DNA from: Piedraia hortae CBS 480.64
Lineage: Eukaryota
Assembly: GCA_010093745.1 (NCBI GenBank)
Contig: MU005999.1
Coordinates: forward strand, 55,809 to 119,808
Direction of reading: 5' to 3'
Length of the DNA: 64,000 nt
Of this stretch, positions 45,814-57,307 are shown piece by piece. The notes beneath the pieces are model-generated. The model did not search any database, was not told the DNA's origin, and saw only the letters and a program-made list of their open reading frames with translations. The translations under genes were made by a program, and so were the position numbers. The first letter of the stretch is position 1, and every line of letters begins with the position of its first letter.

Positions 45814-46629
45814 ATGTGGACTGCGCTTTGGCTACTGATCAGTCTGCTTCCTCTGTATATTTTTGGCGGACCGCTTCCGGTGAAGCGCGAGGCGCCGTTT
45901 GACGAAGTGCGCACGCGGCTGGACCATCACTACCAGAACCAAGCCAAGGACCGGCCGGACAAGTACTTTCACGAGGCCAAGTTCCACATCCACTATGATG
46001 GTCGCTTCGCCGACCGCACGCTCGACGACAAGGCCCGAATATCGACGCTCACGGCGCTGGTGCAGACATATCTGTCGACAATGAACGACATTGGCGTCGA
46101 GACGTGGATCATGCATGGCAGCCTGTTGGGCTGGTTCTGGAACAAGAAGATCATGCCGTGGGACACGGATATCGACGTGATGATTTCGGAAAAGTCGATT
46201 CACCATCTTGCCGACTACTACAACATGACGGTCCACCATTTCTGGATGCCGACCCTGAACAAAGGCTGCGACTATCTGCTGGAAGTCAATCCGCACTTTG
46301 CCATTGAGGCTGCAGACAAAGACAACAAGATCGACGCTCGTTGGATAGACACCGACTCGGGCCTGTTCATCGACATTACGAGCATCCGGCGAAACAGCAC
46401 GGCAGATCACATCGACGACCAGGGTCTCATGGTGGCAAAGGACACGCATCAATACTACTACGACGAGATTTATCCCTTGCGCGAAACCATGTTTGAGTCG
46501 TTTCCCGCAAAGGTGCCGTATGCCTATGCGGATATCTTGGTGGACGAATACGGGCCAGGGGCGCTGGCCAACATTCAGATCCAGAGCCACGTTTATAATC
46601 TCCTAAACGGACGCTGGAATCATGTTTGA
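45814..46629 (+). CDS. LicD/fukutin-family protein (Mnn4-like phosphotransferase)
   Basis: Signal anchor, KYFHEA, HYDGRF, TWIMHGSLLGWFWN..IMPWD.DIDV and IDARWID..SGLFIDIT. Confidence 0.92.
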   Translation: MWTALWLLISLLPLYIFGGPLPVKREAPFDEVRTRLDHHYQNQAKDRPDKYFHEAKFHIHYDGRFADRTLDDKARISTLTALVQTYLSTMNDIGVETWIMHGSLLGWFWNKKIMPWDTDIDVMISEKSIHHLADYYNMTVHHFWMPTLNKGCDYLLEVNPHFAIEAADKDNKIDARWIDTDSGLFIDITSIRRNSTADHIDDQGLMVAKDTHQYYYDEIYPLRETMFESFPAKVPYAYADILVDEYGPGALANIQIQSHVYNLLNGRWNHV

Positions 46630-46869
46630 TCTGTTGATGCAGACATGTAATAGACGGATTGCGTCAAGCAGCGGGATGAAGCGGCTGCTAAGTGTACAAT
46701 GGGCGTTTTCGTGGCAGGCGTTTGCATTTTGTATGGGGAAGACTCGGGCGAGCCGATATATGTATCTAACACCAATAATGTTCATTTCAGCACCTTCCTC
46801 TTTCGGTAACCGAGGTCTCGGTTGCGGAGTTGATGAAAGAGTCCATTTTCAAGAATATCACTGTCAACA

Positions 46870-47745
46870 ATGGCATCGAGTTTGTCAACGAAGCCACCGC
46901 CAACTCCAACCTACATTCTATCGTATCCAGCGGCCCATGTTTTGCTCATAACAATCAACCGCCCAAAAGCGATGAACTCGCTGCCCAGTCACTCGCACTG
47001 GGAAGCCGATGCGCTTTTTACTTGGTTTGACAACGAACCATCGCTGCGCGTGGCAGTAATTACAGGCTCCGGCAAGGCGTTTTGCGCAGGACAGGATCTC
47101 ATTGAATGGCGGGAGCAAAACGATTTGCGGGAGCGAGCAGAACGAGGCGATGAAGCGGCCAAATCCCAGCTGCCTCAACAAGGCGTACCGGCGCATCCGC
47201 CAAGTGGGTTCATGGGTATCAGCCGACGTGCGGGCAAGAAACCCGTAATTGCTGCCGTCAACGGCTACGCTATGGGCGGCGGCTTTGAGATTTGCCTTGG
47301 CTGTGACATGATCATTGCCTCGCCCAACGCCATCTTTGGCCTCCCAGAGGCGGCACGTGGTGTGTTTGCAGCAGCCGGTGGCCTCTCTCGCCTTGTGCGT
47401 CTCACTGGCATGACGATTGCCAGCGAGATTGCCATGTCTGGGCGGCTACTGTCGGCCCAAGAAGCCACGCAGTATCACGTAGCAAATCGTGTGTCAAAGA
47501 CGCACGAAAGCTGTGTGCCCGAGGCAGTGGAGCTGGCATGTAAGGTAGCCAGCCTTAGCCCGGATGCTGTCATCGTTACCAAGAACGGTCTGCGAGAGAG
47601 CTGGGAGACGGCCAGCGTGGAAAGGGCTAGTCAGCTGACGAACCTACGGTACGGTGATGCCCTGGCCAAGGGAGAGAACATGGGCATCGGACTGGCGGCG
47701 TTTGCAGAGAAGAAACAGCCGCAGTGGGTTCCGTCCAAACTGTAA
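46870..47745 (+). CDS. Peroxisomal enoyl-CoA hydratase/isomerase (crotonase family)
   Basis: INRPKAMN, FCAGQDL, KPVIAAVNG.AMGGGFE and FGLPE. C-terminal PTS1 signal SKL. Confidence 0.93.
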   Translation: MASSLSTKPPPTPTYILSYPAAHVLLITINRPKAMNSLPSHSHWEADALFTWFDNEPSLRVAVITGSGKAFCAGQDLIEWREQNDLRERAERGDEAAKSQLPQQGVPAHPPSGFMGISRRAGKKPVIAAVNGYAMGGGFEICLGCDMIIASPNAIFGLPEAARGVFAAAGGLSRLVRLTGMTIASEIAMSGRLLSAQEATQYHVANRVSKTHESCVPEAVELACKVASLSPDAVIVTKNGLRESWETASVERASQLTNLRYGDALAKGENMGIGLAAFAEKKQPQWVPSKL

Positions 47746-47957
47746 GCAAGGTGTGGCTACTCCACATTGTGAAAATTCACGCCCCCGTCCCAACCCTGCG
47801 GCAGTTGCCCCCAGCAACCCGTTTGTGGATGCGCTAGCGGTTTCAGTACAAGTCAAAGCAGTCGCGTTCACACGGTTGGATCGATGAACAGCAACGGATA
47901 CAACGCCATTGTACATTTTGGAGGAATTCTATCAAAAGCGAAATAGTCCGGCCCATT

Positions 47958-50900
47958 ATGGCCTCAACCGCAGCTACCGACGGAGCCTCCAGCATCCAGG
48001 TTGCCGTCCGAGTGCGGCCATTCACCATTCGTGAGGCGGCGCAATTGACGCGAACCGACGACGGACCGCTGTTTCTTGGAGATGGGTCGCTGGCGGCTGC
48101 TCCCACGCCCAAGTTGGGCCAAAAGGGAATACGGAGCGTAATCAAAGTGGTCGATGACAAGTGTTTGTACGGGATATCGATGCCTGTTAATTGGAATGAA
48201 TTGCTGACAGACGACAGGGTGTTTGATCCTCCAGAAAACAACCCAGTGCAACGATTCAGTCGTTCGGTTATTCCTGTTGGAAAACGGGTAAAGGATCAGA
48301 CGTTTGGCTTCGACCGCGTGTTTGACGACAACACCAGCCAGGGAGATGTATATGAAGCCACCACCAAATCGCTGCTGGCGTCAGTGTTGGATGGCTACAA
48401 TGCCACCGTCTTTGCGTACGGAGCCACGGGATGCGGCAAGACGCACACCATCACCGGCACCGCCCAGCAGCCGGGCATCATATTCCTAACCATGCAGGAC
48501 CTTTTTGAGCGGGTCGAGGAGCTGCAGGCGGAGAAGGAGACGGAGATTACGCTCTCGTATCTGGAGATTTACAACGAAACCATCCGGGACCTGCTGAACC
48601 CCGGAGCTGGCGGCCGGCAGGGCCTCATGCTGAGGGAAGACGCCAATCAGGCCGTTTCCGTGGCCGGGCTTTCGTCTCACAAGCCGCAGAACGTGCAGGA
48701 GGTCATGGACATGGTCATCCGGGGCAACAGCAACCGCACGCAGTCCCCCACAGAGGCCAACGCAACCTCGTCCCGCTCCCACGCCGTTTTGCAAGTTAAT
48801 ATCAGCTTGAAAGACAGAAATGCGTCGGTGCACGAGCCGGTGACGATGGCAACGCTGTCGATTATCGATCTGGCGGGATCAGAGCGGGCATCGGCCACCA
48901 AGAACCGCGGAGAACGGCTGCTGGAGGGTGCCAACATCAACAAGTCTCTGCTCGCTCTTGGGTCGTGCATCAACGCCTTGTGCGATCCACGCAAGAAAAA
49001 CCACGTCCCGTACCGCAACTCGAAGCTCACGCGGCTGCTCAAGTTCTCGCTCGGAGGCAACTGCAAAACGGTCATGATAGTCTGCGTGAGCCCGTCGTCG
49101 CAGCACTTTGACGAGACGCAAAACACTCTGCGTTATGCCAATCGCGCCAAGAACATCCAGACAAAGTCGGTGCGGAACGTCTACAACGTTGACCGCCACG
49201 TCAAGGACTATCTGAAGAAGATTGACGAACAGATGAACCGCATCAACGAACTCACGGCCCAGCAGAAGCAGTACGAGGAGCTTGCTTTTGTCAAGTTCCG
49301 CAAGGCTGAGTCAAAACGGGCTGAGATCGCCCATGAAGGCGTTGTTCGCATCAGAGCTGCCTATGACCATTCGGCCGATGAGCGGCGGGAGCGGGTGACC
49401 AACATGCGGCGTTTGCGCCAGATTGAACGACGTATCGGTGTTATCAGTGCCTGGGTCGGGGCGTTTGATCAAGTGTGCGAGACGCGGGAGGAGGAAGAGC
49501 CTCCAGCAAGCCTCGGTGGTATGCGGCGCACCGCCCAGGGCATCCTGGTGGAACTAGAGAGCAGCCGACAGCACTATCACCAGAGGTTGGGCAAGTCTAA
49601 TTGGACGCGGGCCATTGATACCGCTCTGCAAGACGGACTCCGACAGCTGCAGGCGTTGGAAGGCTCTGTCCCAGACAGCTCTGAGGAAATCAGCCTGCGG
49701 AAGGAGGTAGAAATCCTCAAAGGCCAAGCTGATATTGAGGCCCATCTATCGGTGCTGGAGCAGGAAAAGGTGTCTGAAGGCGGCCTGATGCAGATTCTGC
49801 TCTCGGCGCACTTTGAGACTGTTGCCATTCTGAACCAACTGTTGCGAATGACGGAAGAGGAAGCCGTCCAGGCTGGCAAAGACGTGCTGGGCAAGCTGAT
49901 GCAGAGCTGCACCGCCGCCACTGGTCAAGTTATCAAGCCGGATGGCGGCCTGACCATAGTCGATCCGGTGCCCACAACAGCAACGCGGATGGGAACTCCT
50001 CGCAAACGCAAGCCGGTTCCGTTAATGGGTCCGTCGCCTATAAAGGCCAAAACTCGCGCTTTCCTAGCCTCAAGTGCAGCTCTACCACCACATATGACGG
50101 CTTCTTCCAGCCCTGTTCCCTCGCCTAGGCGACGAGTGAAACTGGGCGGAAGCAAAAAGGGCGTCTCCTTTGCGGGAACACCGCGGAAGAAATCTCCCTC
50201 TAAGAAGCGAAGCGTACGCTGGCGTGACGACATGGAAGGCGGAGCACCGCTGGCAGATTTCCAGCCCACGCCTCAGAAGTTTGACTCTTCTCCTGTTGCT
50301 CCTACGGCAGGAAGTCCACCTAAGGAAAAGAAACTTGCAACCGGGACCGGCCGCTTCGCAGAGGGATTTTTATCCAAGAAACCAGCCGACGGCGTTGCAT
50401 CCGACGGAGATGGATCCAGTCCTCTACGAGAGATCGGCTCCAATTCAATGCCCAGGCTGACGCCCTGCGTTCCCACCGAAGGCTCTCTAGAAAACTACAA
50501 AGAAAACGACAACTCGTCGTGGTCCTCTGACAACGAGCGCCCCTCACAGCAACAGCTACGCACGGCACTCAAAGTCAAGAAACGGCCGTCAACAGCAGTC
50601 GTCATGGTAGGCTCGCAAGCGAGCAGAGTGCACAACAATCCTCACCGCAGACGATCCCCCACGGCCTCTCACCTCCCGAGTCACCCATCCCCTCCTCAGT
50701 CTCAGACAACCCAGCCGCAGTCCCAACAACAAAACCCGGCCTCCGGTTCCGAAGAACCCGCCCCACCCCCCATCTTCTCAGCAAGCCACGCCCGCCGCAT
50801 GGTCCGCTCCGAGAAAGACGACGGCTTCCGAAGCGTCCTCTCCCCCAAAACGGCTGCCGCCGCTGTGGGAAAGGTGCAGCCAGCTACCGCTGCCGCGGGA

Positions 50901-50978
50901 TTACGGCGGAGTGTTCTAGGACCTGCGGCGGTGGAGAGGAGAGTTGGTTCGGGGAATGTGAAACGCGCTTGGAGATAG
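47958..50978 (+). CDS. kipB: Kinesin-8 motor (KipB/Kip3-like), one in-frame intron
   Basis: YGATGCGKT, NATSSRSH, DLAGSERASATKNRGERLLEGANINKSLL and HVPYRNSKLTRLLK. Probable intron at 48167-48217. Confidence 0.95.
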   Translation: MASTAATDGASSIQVAVRVRPFTIREAAQLTRTDDGPLFLGDGSLAAAPTPKLGQKGIRSVIKVVDDKCLYGISMPVNWNELLTDDRVFDPPENNPVQRFSRSVIPVGKRVKDQTFGFDRVFDDNTSQGDVYEATTKSLLASVLDGYNATVFAYGATGCGKTHTITGTAQQPGIIFLTMQDLFERVEELQAEKETEITLSYLEIYNETIRDLLNPGAGGRQGLMLREDANQAVSVAGLSSHKPQNVQEVMDMVIRGNSNRTQSPTEANATSSRSHAVLQVNISLKDRNASVHEPVTMATLSIIDLAGSERASATKNRGERLLEGANINKSLLALGSCINALCDPRKKNHVPYRNSKLTRLLKFSLGGNCKTVMIVCVSPSSQHFDETQNTLRYANRAKNIQTKSVRNVYNVDRHVKDYLKKIDEQMNRINELTAQQKQYEELAFVKFRKAESKRAEIAHEGVVRIRAAYDHSADERRERVTNMRRLRQIERRIGVISAWVGAFDQVCETREEEEPPASLGGMRRTAQGILVELESSRQHYHQRLGKSNWTRAIDTALQDGLRQLQALEGSVPDSSEEISLRKEVEILKGQADIEAHLSVLEQEKVSEGGLMQILLSAHFETVAILNQLLRMTEEEAVQAGKDVLGKLMQSCTAATGQVIKPDGGLTIVDPVPTTATRMGTPRKRKPVPLMGPSPIKAKTRAFLASSAALPPHMTASSSPVPSPRRRVKLGGSKKGVSFAGTPRKKSPSKKRSVRWRDDMEGGAPLADFQPTPQKFDSSPVAPTAGSPPKEKKLATGTGRFAEGFLSKKPADGVASDGDGSSPLREIGSNSMPRLTPCVPTEGSLENYKENDNSSWSSDNERPSQQQLRTALKVKKRPSTAVVMVGSQASRVHNNPHRRRSPTASHLPSHPSPPQSQTTQPQSQQQNPASGSEEPAPPPIFSASHARRMVRSEKDDGFRSVLSPKTAAAAVGKVQPATAAAGLRRSVLGPAAVERRVGSGNVKRAWR

Positions 50979-51507
50979 ATGTGTGATTAGAGGGTTGGTA
51001 TGCTTTATGGTTTCTTCTCTTTTTTTCTTTTTTGTTGGATGTTGACATCCTTGAAATGAGTTTGTTCGATGATGATATATGAAATTTCTTTGCTTCACAC
51101 CAATTCCGAGCAGTTACACATGGGAAACCTGATGACTACTGTGTTGGTGTGAATAATCCATGTCCCAATCGTAGGGCACATGGAGTTTCATTCGAACAGT
51201 TTAACGGATTAGACCCCATGCGGTTCGCATGCGTTGCGTCGTGAGAAAGATTAAAGTTGTGCGTAACACTTGGCAGGGGCAAAAGTTTATGTTCACAAAC
51301 TGTAAACTCTGAAAAGCCAAGCGACTTGCGGATTGCCTTCACCCACCAATCTCCCAGACGATGTAACCACCCACCCGCGAAATGAAGTCACTCATGATAT
51401 AAAGTCATCCATGCCTCACTAGTCCAACTACTAAAAAGCTAAAAAAAAAAGGGGGGGGTAACAATACAACAAGAAACAGAAAAAATGCAGCGCTTCGTAA
51501 CACCACC

Positions 51508-52569
51508 TCATCTCGCAGTCGACAACTTCATCTCAAGCGGTTCATCAGGGACTTCCACTTCGGATTCACTATCTATAGTTCGCCGTGAAAGGTCGTTTTC
51601 ATCACTTGATTCCAGATCTGCGAGGTCTTCGTCGCTGAAAAGACCTGTTTCGGGGTCGAAATGGGGGAGGTCGGCTAGGAGGCGGACATAGGCCTCAGGA
51701 ACGAGCCCCTGTTCGCCCGTCTTGGGATCTTCGGCTACGAGCCAGCCTTGGCCGTGTCGGTAGGACACGAGGATGATTTGCCCTTCTGTGAGGCGGAGTT
51801 CGTTGGGGTTTTCAGGCTCAAAGGCGTAGAGGGCCAGGCTGCGGCCTGCGTAGAGGTCCTCGTCATCCGGACCGATGGATTGTCGAAGTGGGCTGTGGGA
51901 AATGGGTGAAGTTGGGACTAGACGGTCCAGAGGAAGATCCGAATCGGGATCGATGGGGGGAGGAAAGTAATTTGATGATTTGGATGCACCGTTTTCGGTC
52001 GCACAGCCCCTGCTTAGGCGGAGAGCTTCCCTCCCGGCTGGGTCATTGCCGTCCACGTACGATCCGCGACTCCTCCGGTATTTTTCGCTCTCCCTTCTTC
52101 GTCCGCGCTCGTATTCGGACATGTGCGCGTAGCTCTTGCTCCGGCGATGTCGCGTCCGCGCGTCACTTCCGCTCTCCCCGAAGCTTGTGGACGGTAGATT
52201 TTCGAATATGTCTGATGATTCGGCGTCCTCTGGATCGTGGCAGATGTGGCCGTCTATCCATGACGAGCTCCAGGATGAGGAGCCAGACGATCCCCACGAC
52301 GAGCCCCATGAAGATCCCCAGGAATTGCCGTCTACGGGATCCGACGACCTCCGCAGCCCCAGGCTAGGGTCGCCGGGCGTTGTAGTGCCCGAGGAGGGCG
52401 CAGTGGTGGGCGGTGGGCCAAAGTGCAGGTTGTGGTCGGTGTCGTAGGCAAAGTCGCGGACGAGGATGAGGTGCTGCGACTTTAGGGGCGTTGGCAACGC
52501 GCGTTTCGACGCCGGCCACGGCGCGTCGTTGTCCGCAGCCTTCTCCAACTCACCAGAGTCTTCGGCCAT
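51508..52569 (-). CDS. NBP2: SH3 adaptor protein, Nbp2-like
   Basis: VRDFAY motif and an SH3 domain ALYAFEPENPNELRLTEGQIILVSYRHGQGWLVA...GLVPEAYV. Confidence 0.85.
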   Translation of the reverse strand: MAEDSGELEKAADNDAPWPASKRALPTPLKSQHLILVRDFAYDTDHNLHFGPPPTTAPSSGTTTPGDPSLGLRRSSDPVDGNSWGSSWGSSWGSSGSSSWSSSWIDGHICHDPEDAESSDIFENLPSTSFGESGSDARTRHRRSKSYAHMSEYERGRRRESEKYRRSRGSYVDGNDPAGREALRLSRGCATENGASKSSNYFPPPIDPDSDLPLDRLVPTSPISHSPLRQSIGPDDEDLYAGRSLALYAFEPENPNELRLTEGQIILVSYRHGQGWLVAEDPKTGEQGLVPEAYVRLLADLPHFDPETGLFSDEDLADLESSDENDLSRRTIDSESEVEVPDEPLEMKLSTAR

Positions 52570-53143
52570 GTCTGCCAGGTGCGTGGGTTCCAGACGGTGG
52601 GAGGTGGGAGCGGGCGTATGGTGCACGTGATGTCGAGTCGGCGGTTGCAGCTATTTTAGGCCATCCGGGGGATTTTGATTGGCCGTTGCTTTAGCGGGAC
52701 GGAACGAGGGGTTAATCCTGCGGGGAATTGCTTTTGTTTGGTCCCGGAACAGCGTGGTTTTGAATGGCGGGACGTGGATGACATGGAACGGCATGCATGG
52801 TCTGCGAATGCTTGCCACATGTTACATTCTGCTGGAAGCCTTGGAAGGGAACGGAAATGTCCTGCTTGAATCACGCCGAACCCAGTCGCAAGACGACCAG
52901 CACTGCTTAAAATAACCTGCAGACTGCGTCCACCCACCGACTTTAACGCCCGAAACATGACGGGTTGGAATTCGAACGCGGGGGCATGGCGCTGCATGAC
53001 GCTGCATGACGCTTGTCCGTTTGGAGCGAAGGGCCCTGAAAGTCGGGCAGTCCCGGCGCCCCGGCCAATCAAGTGTCGACGTCTAGTGTTCAGCTGTCAA
53101 GCGGGGAGATCCGCGCTTTTGACATTGCGGATCTTCCCGGTTG

Positions 53144-54739
53144 ATGTCATCGACAACGACATCACCTAACATGGATCAGTCGGCGGCCAACCGCGAGGCC
53201 TACGAATACTGGGGGTATCTGTTCAAGGCGGACAAGACAGGCACCGATAAGCTGCGGTTCCTGCTGCAGGGACTCAAAGATTACATCAATCAGACTTTCG
53301 AACCGTCAGATCAGCCAGACCTACTGCCATCTCAAGTGGCCGCCTTCTATCGCAGCGTGCACGGAGACTATGACCAGTTGTTCCTACACACGCCGCCCGA
53401 AAGCATCGCTTTCATTTACAAGAGCCTAGGATGCCTGCACTCGCTGCAGCCATTGCCTGGCGCGGCCTTTTCCGATCCTACTATTCCCGCGCTCAAAACC
53501 GAGGGTTGGATTATGTGGCAGACGATCCAGCTTTTGCTTGGGCCAGAGGAGCATGCTGGCTTCCTTATAGAGGCTGTGCAATCGTGTGATATTCGCGACC
53601 ATGCCACTGGCGAGCTCTTCCCCAAAGTTTTGTCCCGCAGCTGCTTCCCGAGCGAGCCCGATAAGCACATGGTTGCCTGGTACGAAGGCGTCAGCGAGAG
53701 GCTAAAACGTGAGGCAGAGGAGGAAGCTCAAGGCGTACATGAGCCGGAGAGGGATGACCGCCGCCGCCCCGAGCGCTATCAGGTGCGCGGTGAGTACGAC
53801 GACGACGGCTCGCTGACATCGCGGGGGCCGGCTCTGGCTTACTTCCGCAATCCGCTCTACCGCCACGTGGACGGCAGGCCGAGTATCGTCCGTCGTGCTA
53901 GCAAAACCCGGGCGGCAGTCAAAGGCAAGGAGGCTGCAATGGCCGTTGGCCACGTCTTCCGCAACATTGGCTCTCCGCACCTCTGGGATGGCAATGAAAA
54001 GGACCGATTGCGGCGGAAGAGTGTGCCTGACCGTCATCACTATCGAGACGACTCCTACAGCCGCCAACGCCACCTGCACAGCTCCGACAGCGAGTACGAC
54101 TTGGAGCCACTCCCCGAACACCGCTCCGTGTCGAATAATTCCCGTCCGCGCCAGTCACACAGCTACGAGGCCATGCCGAACCGGCGGAGCGGTGAACATC
54201 CTCCTCAGCCGCCAGGACGTCGTCCGTCGCCCCCATCGCCAACCTCGGAGAGCTCAGACAGCGACGTTCGCCCCGGTGCTGGCTTCGCGCCATCGGCCGG
54301 ACCGTTGTTTGCCACCCAGGTGGCCCATCATCCGCCCGTGCGTCGGGAAAGTCCGCGGCGTTTGTCACGTTCACGTTCACGTTCACACTCACATTCGCAT
54401 TCACGTCACGGCCCCGTTGAACGGGATAGACGTGATAACTATAGCACTGCTGATCGGCGTGACAGGCGTGAACGTCATGGTCCCCGTCGGTCGCTGTATT
54501 CTGATGATGATGACGATAATGACCCTCCTCGTCGCCCCGCCTTTGGGCGTAGAGTGTCCCGTTCCTTGGACGGTCGACAAAGTTATGACCATGACGATGA
54601 TCGCAGGCGCAGCTCGAGGCCCAATGGTCCAGAGAGGGATGAGTCTCCCCGAAGAGGAAAGTCCATTCGCTTTGCTGAACCACCGTCCATCAAAGGGGTA
54701 GATGGGAGACGATATGCTGACCCCAGTCCATGGCGGTAG
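53144..54739 (+). CDS. Conserved fungal protein (DUF7514-like N-domain) with an R/S/D-rich tail
   Basis: WGYLF, AAFYR.V.GDYD.LF, IYKSLGC.HSLQP, IPALK and WQTIQLLLGPEEH. Confidence 0.85.
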   Translation: MSSTTTSPNMDQSAANREAYEYWGYLFKADKTGTDKLRFLLQGLKDYINQTFEPSDQPDLLPSQVAAFYRSVHGDYDQLFLHTPPESIAFIYKSLGCLHSLQPLPGAAFSDPTIPALKTEGWIMWQTIQLLLGPEEHAGFLIEAVQSCDIRDHATGELFPKVLSRSCFPSEPDKHMVAWYEGVSERLKREAEEEAQGVHEPERDDRRRPERYQVRGEYDDDGSLTSRGPALAYFRNPLYRHVDGRPSIVRRASKTRAAVKGKEAAMAVGHVFRNIGSPHLWDGNEKDRLRRKSVPDRHHYRDDSYSRQRHLHSSDSEYDLEPLPEHRSVSNNSRPRQSHSYEAMPNRRSGEHPPQPPGRRPSPPSPTSESSDSDVRPGAGFAPSAGPLFATQVAHHPPVRRESPRRLSRSRSRSHSHSHSRHGPVERDRRDNYSTADRRDRRERHGPRRSLYSDDDDDNDPPRRPAFGRRVSRSLDGRQSYDHDDDRRRSSRPNGPERDESPRRGKSIRFAEPPSIKGVDGRRYADPSPWR

Positions 54740-54958
54740 GCGGCCTTTGAAACCGTTACATAGCCTGACTCAAATTCTGATATCCCCTGCAATGTAAAAT
54801 CTCCCTGCATAACTAACTGCCAATTTCATCCAATTGGTCGGTGGGTCCCGACCGTTTGGCTTCTGTCAGCCTACACAATTAAGCAAAGTGGGTCCATTCC
54901 TTGTGCACACTTCTGTGCAACAGTGACAAACAACACAAACACAAACACCACATCGATA

Positions 54959-56185
54959 ATGCGTTCTTTCAACCTTGGTGCTGCAATTGCGGCGACGTTC
55001 TCGGTATGCCTGGCTGTATCTTGCAACAGCACTACCAAATGTCCTGAATCCGCTCCCTGTTGCTCCCAGTATGGCGTGTGTGGTGTTGGTGCGTACTGCC
55101 TTGGTGGTTGTGATCCACGATACAGCTACGATTTTCACTCGTGCCTGGCAGCTCCGGCATGCAAGAACTCGCTCTATGAATTCAAATCACTGTCCAAATT
55201 TGCGAGCAATACAGAATATCTTGGTGACTCTAACGGAACAGACTGGGTAATTTCTGGCACGCCCGTGATATACAACAATGACAGTGTGCTCTTGACCATG
55301 GCGGAGGGGACTGTAGGAACGTTGCTCATGAGCACGCATTATGTGTGGTACGGAAAAATCAGTGCCAGTCTTACCACAAGCCAGGGCCAAGGTGTTGTTA
55401 CAGCCTTCATCCTGATGAGCGATACCCATGACGAGATAGACTTTGAATTCGTTGGGGCCGATGTGTCTAATGCGCAGAGCAACTATTATTCTCAGGGGAT
55501 TGAAGATTGGCATAATGAAAAGCACCTCGCCGTTCCTGGTGGAGATAGTCGCCAAGAGGTACACACATACACTATTGATTGGCAGCCAGATTACATTTCG
55601 TGGTTCATTGATGGTCAGCAGCTACGCACTAAGTTCCGTAACGAGACTTACAATTCAACTACCCAAAAATACGCCTTCCCCCAGACCCCATCCAGGGTAA
55701 TGCTTTCTCTCTGGCCTGCTGGCGCCGCAGGAAATCGACAGGGCACCATTGATTGGGCTGGAGGACTCGTCAACTGGAACTCGCCGTATATGCAAAACGG
55801 CTATTACTACGCCATTGCTCACAACGTCTCAGTAGAATGCTACAACCCCCCTGCGGGTGCCGGAAGCGGCAATGCTTATTTTTACAAGAGCGTTGAAATC
55901 GATGAAAACAGCGTAGCTCTGGGAAACAACGGGACTAGTATTAGGTCTTTGGGCGCCACCGGCGATAATCCTCAACCTGAAGGGACTGTGGACAGCGCGA
56001 ACTCTGTTCCTGGTGTATTTGGTGCCGGTAATATTGGCAGTGACGGTAACTCGAATGGACGAGCTTCTCCCAATCCAAACGGTGGTTTCCAACAGGGTGA
56101 CTTGGGCGGTACAAGTCAGGCTTCGAAAGTTGTTGCTGGCGGCGCGGTTGCATTGTTTGGCCTCTTTGTGGCGTGCTTGCTCTGA
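54959..56185 (+). CDS. UTR2: GPI-anchored chitin transglycosylase (CBM18 + GH16, Crh2/Utr2-like)
   Basis: Signal peptide, CPESAPCCSQYGVCGVGAYCLGGC, catalytic DEIDFEF, PQTPSRV.LSLW, GTIDWAGG and a hydrophobic C-terminus. Confidence 0.95.
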   Translation: MRSFNLGAAIAATFSVCLAVSCNSTTKCPESAPCCSQYGVCGVGAYCLGGCDPRYSYDFHSCLAAPACKNSLYEFKSLSKFASNTEYLGDSNGTDWVISGTPVIYNNDSVLLTMAEGTVGTLLMSTHYVWYGKISASLTTSQGQGVVTAFILMSDTHDEIDFEFVGADVSNAQSNYYSQGIEDWHNEKHLAVPGGDSRQEVHTYTIDWQPDYISWFIDGQQLRTKFRNETYNSTTQKYAFPQTPSRVMLSLWPAGAAGNRQGTIDWAGGLVNWNSPYMQNGYYYAIAHNVSVECYNPPAGAGSGNAYFYKSVEIDENSVALGNNGTSIRSLGATGDNPQPEGTVDSANSVPGVFGAGNIGSDGNSNGRASPNPNGGFQQGDLGGTSQASKVVAGGAVALFGLFVACLL

Positions 56186-56905
56186 AACGATACCTAAGAG
56201 GAGGCCCCTATTGAACAGTGTAAAACTTTCAGAATTTTTACGCTCTGTGCCGTCCTTCACTTCATGTTTCTGTGAAGTCGACGCATGAAATCAATACAAC
56301 TAAGAGCAGACCTAAAAAAAACAACCACAGGAACCATTCGTAATCGGACGTTAAGCACTCCTCTCCACTATCTGTCTGCTCTAAAGCAGCGCACGTTTTC
56401 ACAAAGTTGAAGATGATTGTCAATGGACGGGTATCAATCGCGACATATCCATGCTCATCCGGATAGACGAACTTTCACTCGAGATAAGCGATTATGTTGC
56501 TACTCCCCCGAATGCTTTGCTACAGATGCGTCGGGTCCTTCTCAGCAAGAATACCATTGTGGCTTCTCGTGTTTGCAAATGGTTGTCGCGAGACATGAGC
56601 TGTTTTGCCGTTGACGTTGGCGTGCCATGAGGAATGTTTAACTACGATCGGCTGAGCCATATGTAGCGGGAGAGCATGAGAGCCTTTTTGCCGTAAACAT
56701 CGAAATATACCAATTAAAGTAGTACTAAAGGGTGTGAGTGTTCCAATTTGTAGCCTCCCAGTCATCGACGCAGGCCCTCTTTCCCCTTTAGCAAGAAAAT
56801 ATACATTTGCAACATACCTCACCACCACAACTCCATCGTACATCAACCAAGCATCAACACCTACCAACCACCAATAAACCACTAAAAAACCCACCCACCC
56901 CAAAA

Positions 56906-57307
56906 ATGCCACTCACACCCCCCCTCTTCGAACCCTGGCAACAAACCCGACTGGTCTATATTCGCGGCGCCCTCATCACATTACTATCCGTCTACACAGA
57001 CGGGGTGAAGAACAACTACCCAATTCTAGACCCCAATGTGATCGAAGAACGACGTCGTCGGATCGACGCCGCCTTTGTATATGCCCCCATTTACCGCCAA
57101 AAGCAAAGCTACGACGACCTCATCAGGGATATGTCCTCGACTATCAAATATGGGATTCCGGGTCAGGAGGAAGGAGAGGATAGTATGGAATTGACTCATG
57201 AGATGACAGATATTTTCGATAGGTGGGAGCAGGATATTCTTAAGGCGGAGGTGGGGTTTAGGAGGAGGGAAAGGGAGAGGAAGGGAAGGGAGGGAGGGGG
57301 AAATTGA
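56906..57307 (+). CDS. Orphan small protein (133 aa), intact family member
   Basis: ATG follows a CA-rich leader. A tandem paralog about 1 kb downstream supports coding status. Confidence 0.75.
   Translation: MPLTPPLFEPWQQTRLVYIRGALITLLSVYTDGVKNNYPILDPNVIEERRRRIDAAFVYAPIYRQKQSYDDLIRDMSSTIKYGIPGQEEGEDSMELTHEMTDIFDRWEQDILKAEVGFRRRERERKGREGGGN

Noticed and set aside
52960..52990. GTTCGAA T-loop-like motif on the minus strand
   Set aside because: The flanks do not form a T-stem or cloverleaf, so it is not a tRNA.
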